Source of the DNA: Eledone cirrhosa | Taxonomy: Eukaryota | DNA length: 64,000 nucleotides | Reading direction: 5' to 3' | Assembly: GCA_964016885.1 (NCBI GenBank) | Contig: OZ024742.1 | Location: 225,122,001 to 225,186,000 of the forward strand | In this document: one piece after another, positions 1-12,736 of the stretch | How the letters are laid out: every line of letters starts with the position of its first letter | Position numbering within the stretch: position 1 is the stretch's first letter | Notes under the pieces: model-generated | The model's input: only the letters and a program-made list of their open reading frames with translations | Databases searched by the model: none | Told to the model about the DNA's origin: nothing | Program-made: the position numbers and the translations under genes

Positions 1-37
1 TGTTTTCATGATGGGGGTTATAGTCCCACTGCGTAAG

Positions 38-2345
<2,308 letters not shown>

Positions 2346-2407
<62 letters not shown>

Positions 2408-2453
2408 ATATATATATAAAATATATATATATAAAATATATATATATATAAAT

Positions 2454-2486
<33 letters not shown>

Positions 2487-2736
2487 AAATATATATATAT
2501 AAAATATATATATATATAATATATATATATATATAAAATATATATATATAAAATATATATATAAAATATATATATATATAATATATATATAATATATAAA
2601 ATATATATATATAAAATATATATATATAAAATATATATATATAAAATATATATATATAAAATATATATATATATAATATATATATATATATAAAATATAT
2701 ATATATAAAATATATATATAAAATATATATATATAT

Positions 2737-2780
<44 letters not shown>

Positions 2781-2844
2781 ATATATATATATAATATATA
2801 ATATATATATATGTGTATATATATAATATATATATATGTGTATA

Positions 2845-2912
<68 letters not shown>
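2346..2912. repeat. (TA)n / (TATATAAAA)-type AT-only tract
   Basis: Direct inspection. Confidence 0.95.
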
Positions 2913-2916
<4 letters not shown>

Positions 2917-2957
2917 AGAAAAAAGAGAATCAGTGTTGCGACGAAAAGAATTTATTG

Positions 2958-3052
2958 GACATATTACAATTGTTTCTCGGGTGACCAGCTCGTGGCACGA
3001 TCGATGTGGTGATCAAACCTGACTCTGAAATCGCGCGGTCCTCGGATACGTC
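2958..3052 (-). ncRNA. Hammerhead-like motif with variant core CCGAGGA
   Basis: Minus strand: gacgtat-CCGAGGA-(long, poorly paired stem II region)-GAAA-CAATTG-TA-atatgtc. 7-bp stem I with one GU pair; palindromic stem III. Confidence 0.45.
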
Positions 3053-4060
3053 TCGATTCTACGAAGCACATTTTCCTATTGTCCTTTAACATCGAATTCC
3101 TTCGTTTGTTGATTTAGATCCTGTTGTCATTACATGAGTGGTCAAGAATTGTACACGTCACCGGTATTTCTAGCCACTCATGGTTGCCCACTGTTTGATT
3201 CTACTTCTCCACCTGTCAATCAAAAATGTTCCATGTATCAGAATTACTACTGTGGTGGGAGAGGGGCTGTTATCTTGAACGGTAGGCATCACTTCGACGT
3301 CTTCATTGTCCCTCGGCGCCCTCGTCCACAGCGGTCAGGTACACACGCGCAATTATGTTGTATGCGGCAATCATTGTAAATGTTTGGCGGGAATTTAAAA
3401 TAAAAAAAATCATAGGGATATTTAGCATAACATTTCTAGGACACAGCCCTAGAATACCCTCCACCATACATATTTCAAAAAGAAAAAGAAAAAACCTGTA
3501 TTAAGAACGTTTTTAAATGAAAGCTTTCAACAGCCTTTCAAACAGAAAGGCTGTATCAAAGGTGTTTTCAACAAATACACCCAATTCTACACTCACACAC
3601 TGGACTCAGGGAAGCGCGCATAGCCAAGACACCACATATATAGACAGATGAAAAAAGAAAAAAGAAAAATCCATAGTCATCCATACCCCCACGCAGACAT
3701 GCTCAGACAAATACATCGATCCAGGCATGCGCATACATGTGCGCATTCATATCTGTGTGGACACACATACTACATGCACCCGCGTGCGCCCACACCGGAG
3801 GCATATACTTGATGAGTACCCTCGCATCCGTCTTCACACGCGCAGCTGTGTAGATGGTGCACACAGTATTGTATGAGACAACGCTTTTGAGGCTTTGACC
3901 CAACCCGATCACGTGCCGGTATGAGTCCGAAGGTGCCTGCACTATATGCCTAAATGTTAAGGCAGCACAATATCTCTGCAATAATCGCATTTAGCGTGGG
4001 TGGCACATATATTTAAAAAAAGCCTGTACGTATATAACATAAAATTATGAAATAATATAC

Positions 4061-4253
4061 AATAATTGTTTCTACTTTAGGCACAAGGCCAGCAATTACC
4101 CAGTGCATTACTGGTACTTTATTTTATCGACCCCGTAAGGATGAAAGGCAAAGTCAACCTCGGCGGGATTTGAACTCAGATCATAAAGGGACGTAACTCT
4201 ATGCTTCAAAGCATGGTGTCCGACTCTCTACCGATACTGCCAATCCACCGCCC
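4061..4253 (-). mobile_element. tRNA-derived SINE (family A; Meta-domain-like core, (ATT)n tail)
   Basis: A box TGGCAGTATCGG, B box GAGTTCAAATCC, core GCCTTTCATCCTTACGGGGTCGATAAAATAAAGTACC, tail GGCCTTGTGCC...AGAAACAATTATT. About 13 copies in the window. Confidence 0.9.
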
Positions 4254-4961
4254 TATTATAATAAAATAAAATAAGATAAAATACAATAAAATAAAATGCT
4301 GGAAAAAGAGAATGTATACATAACAAGGATGCAGAGGGGGACCGGGCATTATCGGGGTGTGCGTAAAGTTGCATACGATAGTTGTGGGCTGTGGTGCAAA
4401 TGTTTATATGATATACAAAGGGGCTGGTGATCTAAGGCACTGGGTAGGAGCCTGCGCATGATGCAGGTATCGTTGCTTGTGGATAGGTGTAGGCCGTGCG
4501 TGCGTGCACAAACAAGTTATATATATTGTGGTTATGTGTAACATCCATTTCATAAAAGTATATATGAGATGTGCATGGGTTTGATGTATACATGGAATAT
4601 AAAGGGTATGTGTTTCATAACAATATATATGGAATGCACGTGGAGTGTATGTATGATTGTAATGTGCCAGCGGCATGCGTTGTGTGCGTGTGTATATCAG
4701 CGGCATGGAACGACAAAATTAAAACTTGAAATTGAAACTAGAATTAAAATTAAAACTAAAATTAACATCAACATTACAATTAACTGCGACATTAACCTTA
4801 AGACCAGCATCATCTCCATCATCCAAGTAGCAAATTAAACGCCACGAATCGAATATCGGAAATCAACAATTTAAAAATTTTTAAATTTAGAAATTTGAAA
4901 ATTTAAAACCACACATATGGTTGTAGGCCCAATCCTACTTGTATATATATATATATATATA

Positions 4962-5149
4962 TATTTGTTTGACCCGAATTGCTTGATCGTTTCTTTTGGC
5001 TGTGCGGATGATTAGTTTAACCACCATCTCAGTGTGTTTGGCCTTTAACGTATGTTGTAGCTCTAATTCATATGAATTATCGAGCGCTTGCCACACATAA
5101 CTCGGAAGTATTTTTCGTTCATTCCTGAGCTGAAATTCGATTCTCGCTA

Positions 5150-5155
<6 letters not shown>
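4962..5155 (+). repeat. Dispersed repeat ending in (TA)n (probable PLE 3' tail)
   Basis: Homologous to ~59685-59877 and ~60291-60500. Confidence 0.6.
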
Positions 5156-5226
<71 letters not shown>

Positions 5227-5249
5227 GTGATTTTACATACATACATACA

Positions 5250-6805
5250 GGCTGTGCCTGTCTTAACGCCAACGTTTCGAATACTCGATTGACGAAATTC
5301 GAGCAATTGATGTTAAAGCTCGAAAAGTTCTAAACAACATCGGAAACTTCCACATCAACCGTGACATAGACCACCTCTACGTAAGCAGGGAGGTAGAGGC
5401 CTAACGTCAGTCCAGACAGCATTTCAGTGTCGCATCATATACATTGTTACCAATAGAGAGAGTCGGTTTCTAACATAGACACAAGACTCTCTCATTGGGA
5501 GTTACACAACGTCAACTAGGTAGATATGTCTGCATGCATGGATATGTGTGCAGGTATGGATGTTATTGTATGTGTGGATGTGGATGTTTTGAGGTATATG
5601 TGTATATGTGCATATGCTTTTCATCTGTACAACATTTACGAACCTCGTAGCGTAGGAGCCCCTCCTTTGAGCAAGAATGTCTGTATGAGACAGATAAGAT
5701 CGTGAGAGTTGGGAAGGAACTCTTTGAAAGATACTCCCTGCATGGTAATCAAAATCTCACACCCAGGGAAGCTGCCCAGCAATACTGCAATGAATCCATG
5801 GATGAAAAACTACATGCTTATCAGCAAAAAGTCATGCATAGATATGTTGCCAGGAGGCTCCAGAGTGAGAGTAATATAGATAAGGAAAGTAGTCTATCTT
5901 GGACCAACAACCGCTATAGTGGCTCCCACTTTGAAGGATACGCTTTTGCAATCCAAGAACAGAAAATCAACACAAAATACCTCATTCACAAAAGAGATAG
6001 GGATGCAGGCAAAACACCTAGATGTGATAACAAGTGTAGACTCTGCAGAATTAAGATCGATGATATCACCCATGTCATAAGCAGCTGTCCAAAAATGTCA
6101 TCGCGGTACTATCTACCTATGAGGCTTGATTTGGTGGCCAAAACACTGTACAATGCAATCCGTAGAAAAGGTAGCCCCGATAATAAACACATTAAAAGCT
6201 ACAGCAATGTGAAAGACATACACATACATGATATGAAAGAGTACTGGTGGAATATTCCAATAAAAAAAAACAATAAAATACAGGCATAACAGACCAGATA
6301 TAATTACATGGGACAGGGAAAAGAAGGCATGCACAGTAGTGGAAGTTAGCTGCCCAGCAGATGCCAATATAATATCAAAGATTAGTGAAAAGGAAAATAT
6401 CTATCCAGAACTAATTATAAATCTGCAGATACTCCACCCTGACTATACCTTCAGATTTATGCCTGTGATTATTGGGGTATGTTAGTAACTGCCTCAATAC
6501 AAATCTTGAGATGGTGGGCTTCACAGGAACAGAAAGAACACAACTAGTTAGGAAATTACAAGTACAATCCATTAATGGAACAGTAAAAAAAATGTAAAAC
6601 ATTCCAGAAATTCTGCATCTAATAACTGCATATGCACATGTACAGATGCAAAGCATATGCACATGCACACACATGCATGCAGACATGCATACATATCTAC
6701 CTAGGCGATGTTGTGTAAATCCCAATGAGAGAGACTTGTATCTCTATTAGAAACCGACTCTCTCTCTATTGGTAAAAATTTATAAAATTATAAAACCAGA
6801 AGAAC
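5250..6805 (+). pseudogene. 5'-truncated, decayed R4/Dong-like RLE non-LTR retrotransposon flanked by (CATA)n
   Basis: Translatable pieces: AVPVLTPTF, IDHLYVSR..GRGL (RT thumb), FAIQEQKI, CRLC..DDITHVISSC (zinc knuckle), RPDIITWD..VEVSCP (RLE). Stops and frameshifts present. (TACA)n on both sides. Confidence 0.85.
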
Positions 6806-7630
6806 ATACATACATACATACATACATACATACATACATACATACATACATACATACATACATACCTACATACATACATACATACATACCTACATACCTA
6901 CATACCTACATACATACATACATACATACATACATACGTACGTACATACATACATACATACGTACGTACGTACATACATACATACATACATACATACATA
7001 CATACATACGTACATACATACATACATACATACATACATACATACATACATACATACATACATACATACATACATACGTACGTACATACATACATACATG
7101 GTGGCTGCCAACTCGTTTTCGAGTACGGCCACTACTTTATATCCATGTAGGAGAACCCCTACTGATGCATACATACATACATACATACATACATACGTAC
7201 GTACATACATACATACATACATACATACATAGATACATACATACATACATACATACATACATACATACATACATACATGATGGCTGCCCCCTCGTTATCG
7301 AGTATGGATGGCCATTGCACGATATACCATTATTAATACTTATTAATTAATTCTATCGTGCCATGGCTGTGCATGAAGATATTTTTTAAAGTGAGGAAAG
7401 ACTGTGCACTGAGCCAATCCCACTCTCTGAGCGACAATAGCTATAACCCGAAAAGAAGAAAAGATCAACATCACCAGCAACTAGTGAGCCGCAGGTTTTA
7501 TATCGGAGTTATCCCAGTTTCCTGAGTTGCCTTCTCCTAGAAGAATGCCCTGACAAAGGCTAGAGGTCCTTCACTCCATACATACATACATACATACATA
7601 CATACATACATACATACATACATACATACG
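6806..7630. repeat. (CATA)n microsatellite with two short embedded retroposon fragments (7099-7166, 7278-7577)
   Basis: Both inserts begin with a similar TGGCTGCC..CTCGTT.TCGAGTA segment and are bracketed by (CATA)n. Confidence 0.75.
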
Positions 7631-7710
7631 GTTTCGACGATGAGCACCCAGTTGGTCGATCAACTGAATGTCCAACTTGTGAATTAACATATAAGTGGTT
7701 GAGTATTCCA

Positions 7711-7905
7711 TGATTTAGGCACAAAGCCAACAAATTTGGGGGAAAAGGGAAGTCGATTATATCGACTCCAGTGTATTACTGGTACTTATTTTATCGACAC
7801 CGTAAGGATAAAAGGCAAAGCGGGATTTGAACTCAAATCGTAAAGGGGCGTAACCCTCTACCGCAAAGCACGTAGTTCAACGCTCTACCGATACTGCTAA
7901 TTCTC
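7711..7905 (-). mobile_element. SINE family A copy
   Basis: Same A/B boxes, core and tail as 4061-4253. Confidence 0.85.
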
Positions 7906-8543
7906 AAGCCGATTCAACATGATTCGATATGTGACAAAACTGAACCTTGGAATTTCCGATTCAGTCAACCTCGACAAGCTTCCACACATCTACACAATTC
8001 CATTTACAAAACTAGCGTCGACCTGAAATACTGGCCAAGGAACTTGTCCAAGAAACCACTCATTGGGACCGAAGCCGGAACCTCATTATAATGCCTCAAC
8101 AATGCCTGTATCCTGAAAAAGAAACCAGTATAATATTAGTCAACAACTAAACATTTCTTGGGTGGTTTTTTTCTCCACACCACATTTTATTTCTAACTTA
8201 TTTTATTTCTAGCTAATCTATTGATTTTCCCAGCAATAACAATATTAATAACAATAAATTATAATTGCTATGGTTTACAACATCGACAATATTAGACTAT
8301 GTACCATTGAAACATTTGTACATACATGTTTATAAATATGTATATAGATATTTTTTTCGTACATTTACACTAACGAGGTCTGGTATGACAGAAACATCTC
8401 CGTAATCGCCTCGTACTTGTCGTAATAATAGATATAATATAAGTCACCGACTTACAATGTTTCCCCTATACCATTTTTCAATTTAGTTTATTGATCTACT
8501 CAGTAATAAATATAATGATTTCTTTTATTAGCTACAAGAGCCA

Positions 8544-8973
8544 AATAATAATGGTTTCTGATTTAGGCATAAAGCCAACAAATTTAGGGGAAAGGGGAAG
8601 TCTATTAAATCGACTCCAGTGCATTACTGGTACTTATTTTATCGACTCCGTAAGGATAAAAGGCAAAGCGGGATTTGAACTCAAATCGTAAAGGGGCGTA
8701 ACCTTGTACCTCAAAGCACATAGTTCGACGCTCTACCGATACTGCTAATCCAATAATGATAATGATTTCTAGTATAGGCACAAGGCCAGTAATTTTGAAG
8801 GAGGAGAAAGTCGATTAAATCGATCACAGTACGTTACTGGTACTTTATTTTATCAAACCCGTAAGGATGAAAGGCAAAGTTAACCTCGGCAGGATTTGAA
8901 CTCAGAATGTAAAAATGTCATAGCTCTATGTCGCTAAGAATATTGTCCGACGTTTTTCCGATACGGCCAATCC
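8544..8973 (-). mobile_element. Two tandem SINE family A copies (8544-8752, 8753-8973) linked by short (AAT)n
   Basis: Each has core, B box, A box and AAT tail. They are preceded at 8514-8542 by a ~30-bp Tx1-like 3' terminus. Confidence 0.88.
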
Positions 8974-9020
<47 letters not shown>

Positions 9021-9281
9021 TTTCTTTATTAACCACAAGGGTTTACATAAAGTAGACATTAAGGACAGTGCAGGACAATGCAGGACGGTACAAATGGGCA
9101 TTTCTGCGTGTAAAAAAAACAAAAACAGAGGATGTAACAAAAATAACAATGAAAATAACAATGAAAAATTCCCCAATAGGGGGGAGACTTCGGAGGGACA
9201 TTTGTGGAGAAAGCCCAGTAAAAAGCCACAATGACCCTGACCACCAAGGCAAGTGCCCTCTCCCAGTTTTCCACCTTTAAT

Positions 9282-12200
9282 TTACAGATATATGCTCAGA
9301 GTAGGCCCATTCACTCGGGCCATTCTTGCTTCTCTCACCCATCTTTCAACAAAATGCTGGGAAGAGAGCACTTCCCTCTCTACTCTGATTTTCCTTTTCA
9401 AATGAAATTTGAAAAAGTCAATCAGAGCATCACCGAAGAGGTAAGTGCTCGTCTTCAGCCCTTTCAAACGTGTCCACCATACTATCTCTTTCGCCATGGC
9501 CACCAGGCAGATAAAAACTGCCTGCCCTTCCCGGCTAAAGGAGGAGGGCGGGGCAATCCTCACGATGGACTCAGATGATAGCCGGATCCGTCCTAAACGC
9601 GACAGCAGGTGTTCGACATAAACCCACAAGTCAGCAATTTTCGGACACTGGACGAGTGCGTGCAGGACGGTTTCGTCGCCCTGCGCGCATCTCGGACATG
9701 CCCGGCTGACGGCACCTCCATGCCTGTAGAGTTTATCCCGAACTGGCAAGGCTCCTCGGTAGCACTGCCAGGCCAGAGATTTCTGGAAGTTGTCCATAGG
9801 CCCTGGCCCGAAAGTTCTTCCGAAGAGATTGGCTAGTTGATTTTCGTCGACGCCTAGAGTTTCCCCAAGTACGTCGTCGCTCTTCCCCTCCACTAATCCT
9901 CTATAGAACGCCGAGGTGGAGTTTCCACCGATCACATTGCCCGATTGGTCGAGGGCTGTGAGCGCCTGAAGACATTCCAGTCTCCAGGCGCTCCCTCTCG
10001 GTCTTCGCTTGACCCAGGACTGCAGCTCCGTCAAGGAAACGAGCTGGGGAAAAACGCGTCTAGCAAACGGCGACCACACCTGATCACCGTCGAGGAAGAG
10101 GTGGAGATGTCGTAGCCTGAGCGCGTGCCTGCGCATCATCAGCCACGGCATGCCCAGCCCTCCACGTAGCGGGTGTTGACAACAGATGGACCGCCTGACC
10201 ATCGGAGCACGTCCCTTCCACAAAAAGCGAAAGAGCAAACGCTCCAGCGCAGTCAGGCGAGGCTTAGGACAAGGTACGACGGTTAGGCGGTAGCAGATGA
10301 CAGACGCGATGTACGCGTTAGCCACCTCCGCTCGACCTTTCAGGGATAGCTTCCTCTCCGCCCATTTCTGGGTGAGAGAAGCCACCCTGCTCGTCACCTC
10401 GTCCCAGTTTTTGTCCGTCTGGAGGTCCGGACCGAACCAGACCCCTAGCAATTTAACCGGTCCGTCCGTCCAGCGCCCGACGACGCTGTTGGACGGCATG
10501 GACCTGCCTCTCCAGGTGCCGAGCTGCAGGCCCACTGACTTTTCCTGGTTGATCATTGCTCCTGTCACCGCTTCGTATTCTCTTAGTGTAGTGCCGATCG
10601 CCTCGATGTGTTTGGCGTTCGACACCACTACGGTGACATCGTCCGCATATGCTGACACGGATCTTCCGCATCCTAGTTCGCGCGGGACTCCCCTCAACGT
10701 CTCCAGTTTGTGCAGTAATGGCTCGAGAGTCAATACGTACAAGAGGGACGAGAGGGGACATCCTTGGCGGACCGAGCGCATGATGTTGAACGGTTCCGAC
10801 AGGTGACCGTTCACTCTCACCACAGAGCAGATGTCGCTGTGCATGGCAGCGATCCAGCCTCTGAAGACGGGCCCAAAGCCAGCCGCCCTCAGGACTGCCG
10901 CTAGGTAACGATGGTCGACCCTATCGAAAGCTTTCGACTGATCTAAATTGATCAAGGACCCACCCGTGCCAGGTTCCCTAGCTACCCTCTCTACGATGTA
11001 TCGCATGAGGTGGAGGTTGTCGTGGATGGATCTGTCGGGAATGGCGCATGTCTGCGCCTCTCCCACCAGACCACCAACGACAAGCGCCAACCTCTTTGCT
11101 AGCACCTTGGCCAAAATCTTAAACTCTGTGTTTAGCAGAGTTATGGGCCGGAAATTGTCTATGTTATCCCCCTTGTTCGGATCCTTTCTCAGCAGTGCCA
11201 CCGCTCCTCGGCTCACAGAACTGGGAATTCTCCCGTTCTGTTGCCAGTTGCAGTAGACGTCCGCCAAGAGGCCTCCGAACAAGTCTGGCATCTGTACGTA
11301 AAGTTCATAGGGCAGACCATCCAAACCAGGCGATTTACCCCTTGTGCAGCCAGTCATTGCCTCCCGTACTTCAGCGGCTGTTATCGGCTTTTCGCAACAC
11401 TTCGCCTCAGTGGCCGAGAGCCGCGGCAGTCCGTCGAGGTAGACACTAAAGTCCATCCCTCTACCCGGCCCCCCGCTGCCCCCGAACAGCTGAGCGAAGT
11501 GTCGCTGAAAAGCTTCACACATTTGCCCGGGATCGAGTAGCATGCGCCCGTCGTGGTCCACCAAAGACCGGATCGTGGCTTTGTTGCCACGACGCGCCTC
11601 CGCCACTCGGGCCCATTGAACGGCTTTCGTCCCCTCGTGTCTGAGAGCACGCACCCTAGCTCTGACAACGCAGCCTTCGTGCTTTGCATTGAAGAATTGG
11701 TCAAGGGCCAATTTCGCCGCAAGCACGTCGGTCGCAATGCCTTTGCTAAGCGCCTCGTCTAATTTTCTAACTAGTTCTCCCTCTGCTCTATTTTTCTCTA
11801 TTGCTAAAGCCTTACTAAACCTAATCGATTCTATTCTAATCGCTCTTTTCAGAGCAAACCACCACTTGTTGTTGACGATGGCCCCCGTCAACGCCCGCTT
11901 AACTAGTTCGCTAATCCGGTCTCTGTAGGCCTTGCGCGCTGGTAAGGACGCGTTTAGCTTCCAGTAGCCGGGTCCTCGTCTATGAAGCCTATCTAAGTCA
12001 AGCACACAGATCACGAATTTGTGGTCCGTGTAGCTGACTATCTTGAATTGTGGACAGCCTATGCTAGACCTATCTATTTCCCTACAAAATACTCTATCTA
12101 GATATGATCTGGATGACCCTATGCGGTTTGTCCAAGTCCACATTGGCACATTCGGGAAATCCAATCGGTACCTGTCAGACAGTTCAAAACGCCTGAGCAG

Positions 12201-12701
12201 GTTGGTGAGGCTCTTGCACCCTCCACCCCTATCCGCTAATCCCACACAGTCCCAGCGTGCATCTAAGATCCCGTTCCAGTCGCCCACTAACACTAAAGAG
12301 CGGGACGTTCCAAGAAAGGTCTCCAGACGCCGGAAGAAATCAGGCCGCCCTGCTCCTGTCGGGGCATAGACGGCCACTAGCCTGAAAGCTTGCCCGTCTC
12401 CGCTGGTCACGTCCAGCACCACCAGCTTACCCTCTGGGTCCAGGAAGATGGCCCGTATGGCGAGATCCAAACCTCTCCGAAAAAGCACAGCAACTCCTCC
12501 ACCGGATCCAGGACGGCTGGGAGATGCGTACACATCGAAGCCGCCGAAGATCGGTGCGAAGGCCCGTGCTTCGGAGATTCTGGTCTCGCTGATGGCCACT
12601 ACATCTATGTTTAGTGACCTGAGGTCGTTGAGCAGGTGACCCTGCTTCCATGACGACCCCAAGCCACGCGCATTTATGCTGCCTATTCTGAGTGAGGTCA
12701 T
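9282..12701 (-). CDS. LINE ORF2p: APE endonuclease, reverse transcriptase and C-terminal CCHC finger (1139 aa)
   Basis: SINARGL, ISET, VYAP, GDWN, YLDRVF, TDH, PGYWKLN; KSPGLDGL, FRPITLLN, LDQSKAFDRV, VRQGCPLS, AYADD, GGLGMP; CPRC..ETVLHALVQC. Confidence 0.97.
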   Translation of the reverse strand: MTSLRIGSINARGLGSSWKQGHLLNDLRSLNIDVVAISETRISEARAFAPIFGGFDVYASPSRPGSGGGVAVLFRRGLDLAIRAIFLDPEGKLVVLDVTSGDGQAFRLVAVYAPTGAGRPDFFRRLETFLGTSRSLVLVGDWNGILDARWDCVGLADRGGGCKSLTNLLRRFELSDRYRLDFPNVPMWTWTNRIGSSRSYLDRVFCREIDRSSIGCPQFKIVSYTDHKFVICVLDLDRLHRRGPGYWKLNASLPARKAYRDRISELVKRALTGAIVNNKWWFALKRAIRIESIRFSKALAIEKNRAEGELVRKLDEALSKGIATDVLAAKLALDQFFNAKHEGCVVRARVRALRHEGTKAVQWARVAEARRGNKATIRSLVDHDGRMLLDPGQMCEAFQRHFAQLFGGSGGPGRGMDFSVYLDGLPRLSATEAKCCEKPITAAEVREAMTGCTRGKSPGLDGLPYELYVQMPDLFGGLLADVYCNWQQNGRIPSSVSRGAVALLRKDPNKGDNIDNFRPITLLNTEFKILAKVLAKRLALVVGGLVGEAQTCAIPDRSIHDNLHLMRYIVERVAREPGTGGSLINLDQSKAFDRVDHRYLAAVLRAAGFGPVFRGWIAAMHSDICSVVRVNGHLSEPFNIMRSVRQGCPLSSLLYVLTLEPLLHKLETLRGVPRELGCGRSVSAYADDVTVVVSNAKHIEAIGTTLREYEAVTGAMINQEKSVGLQLGTWRGRSMPSNSVVGRWTDGPVKLLGVWFGPDLQTDKNWDEVTSRVASLTQKWAERKLSLKGRAEVANAYIASVICYRLTVVPCPKPRLTALERLLFRFLWKGRAPMVRRSICCQHPLRGGLGMPWLMMRRHALRLRHLHLFLDGDQVWSPFARRVFPQLVSLTELQSWVKRRPRGSAWRLECLQALTALDQSGNVIGGNSTSAFYRGLVEGKSDDVLGETLGVDENQLANLFGRTFGPGPMDNFQKSLAWQCYRGALPVRDKLYRHGGAVSRACPRCAQGDETVLHALVQCPKIADLWVYVEHLLSRLGRIRLSSESIVRIAPPSSFSREGQAVFICLVAMAKEIVWWTRLKGLKTSTYLFGDALIDFFKFHLKRKIRVEREVLSSQHFVERWVREARMARVNGPTLSIYL

Positions 12702-12736
12702 GTTTAAAATAGAGTGGAAAAGATGGGAAAGACCAC

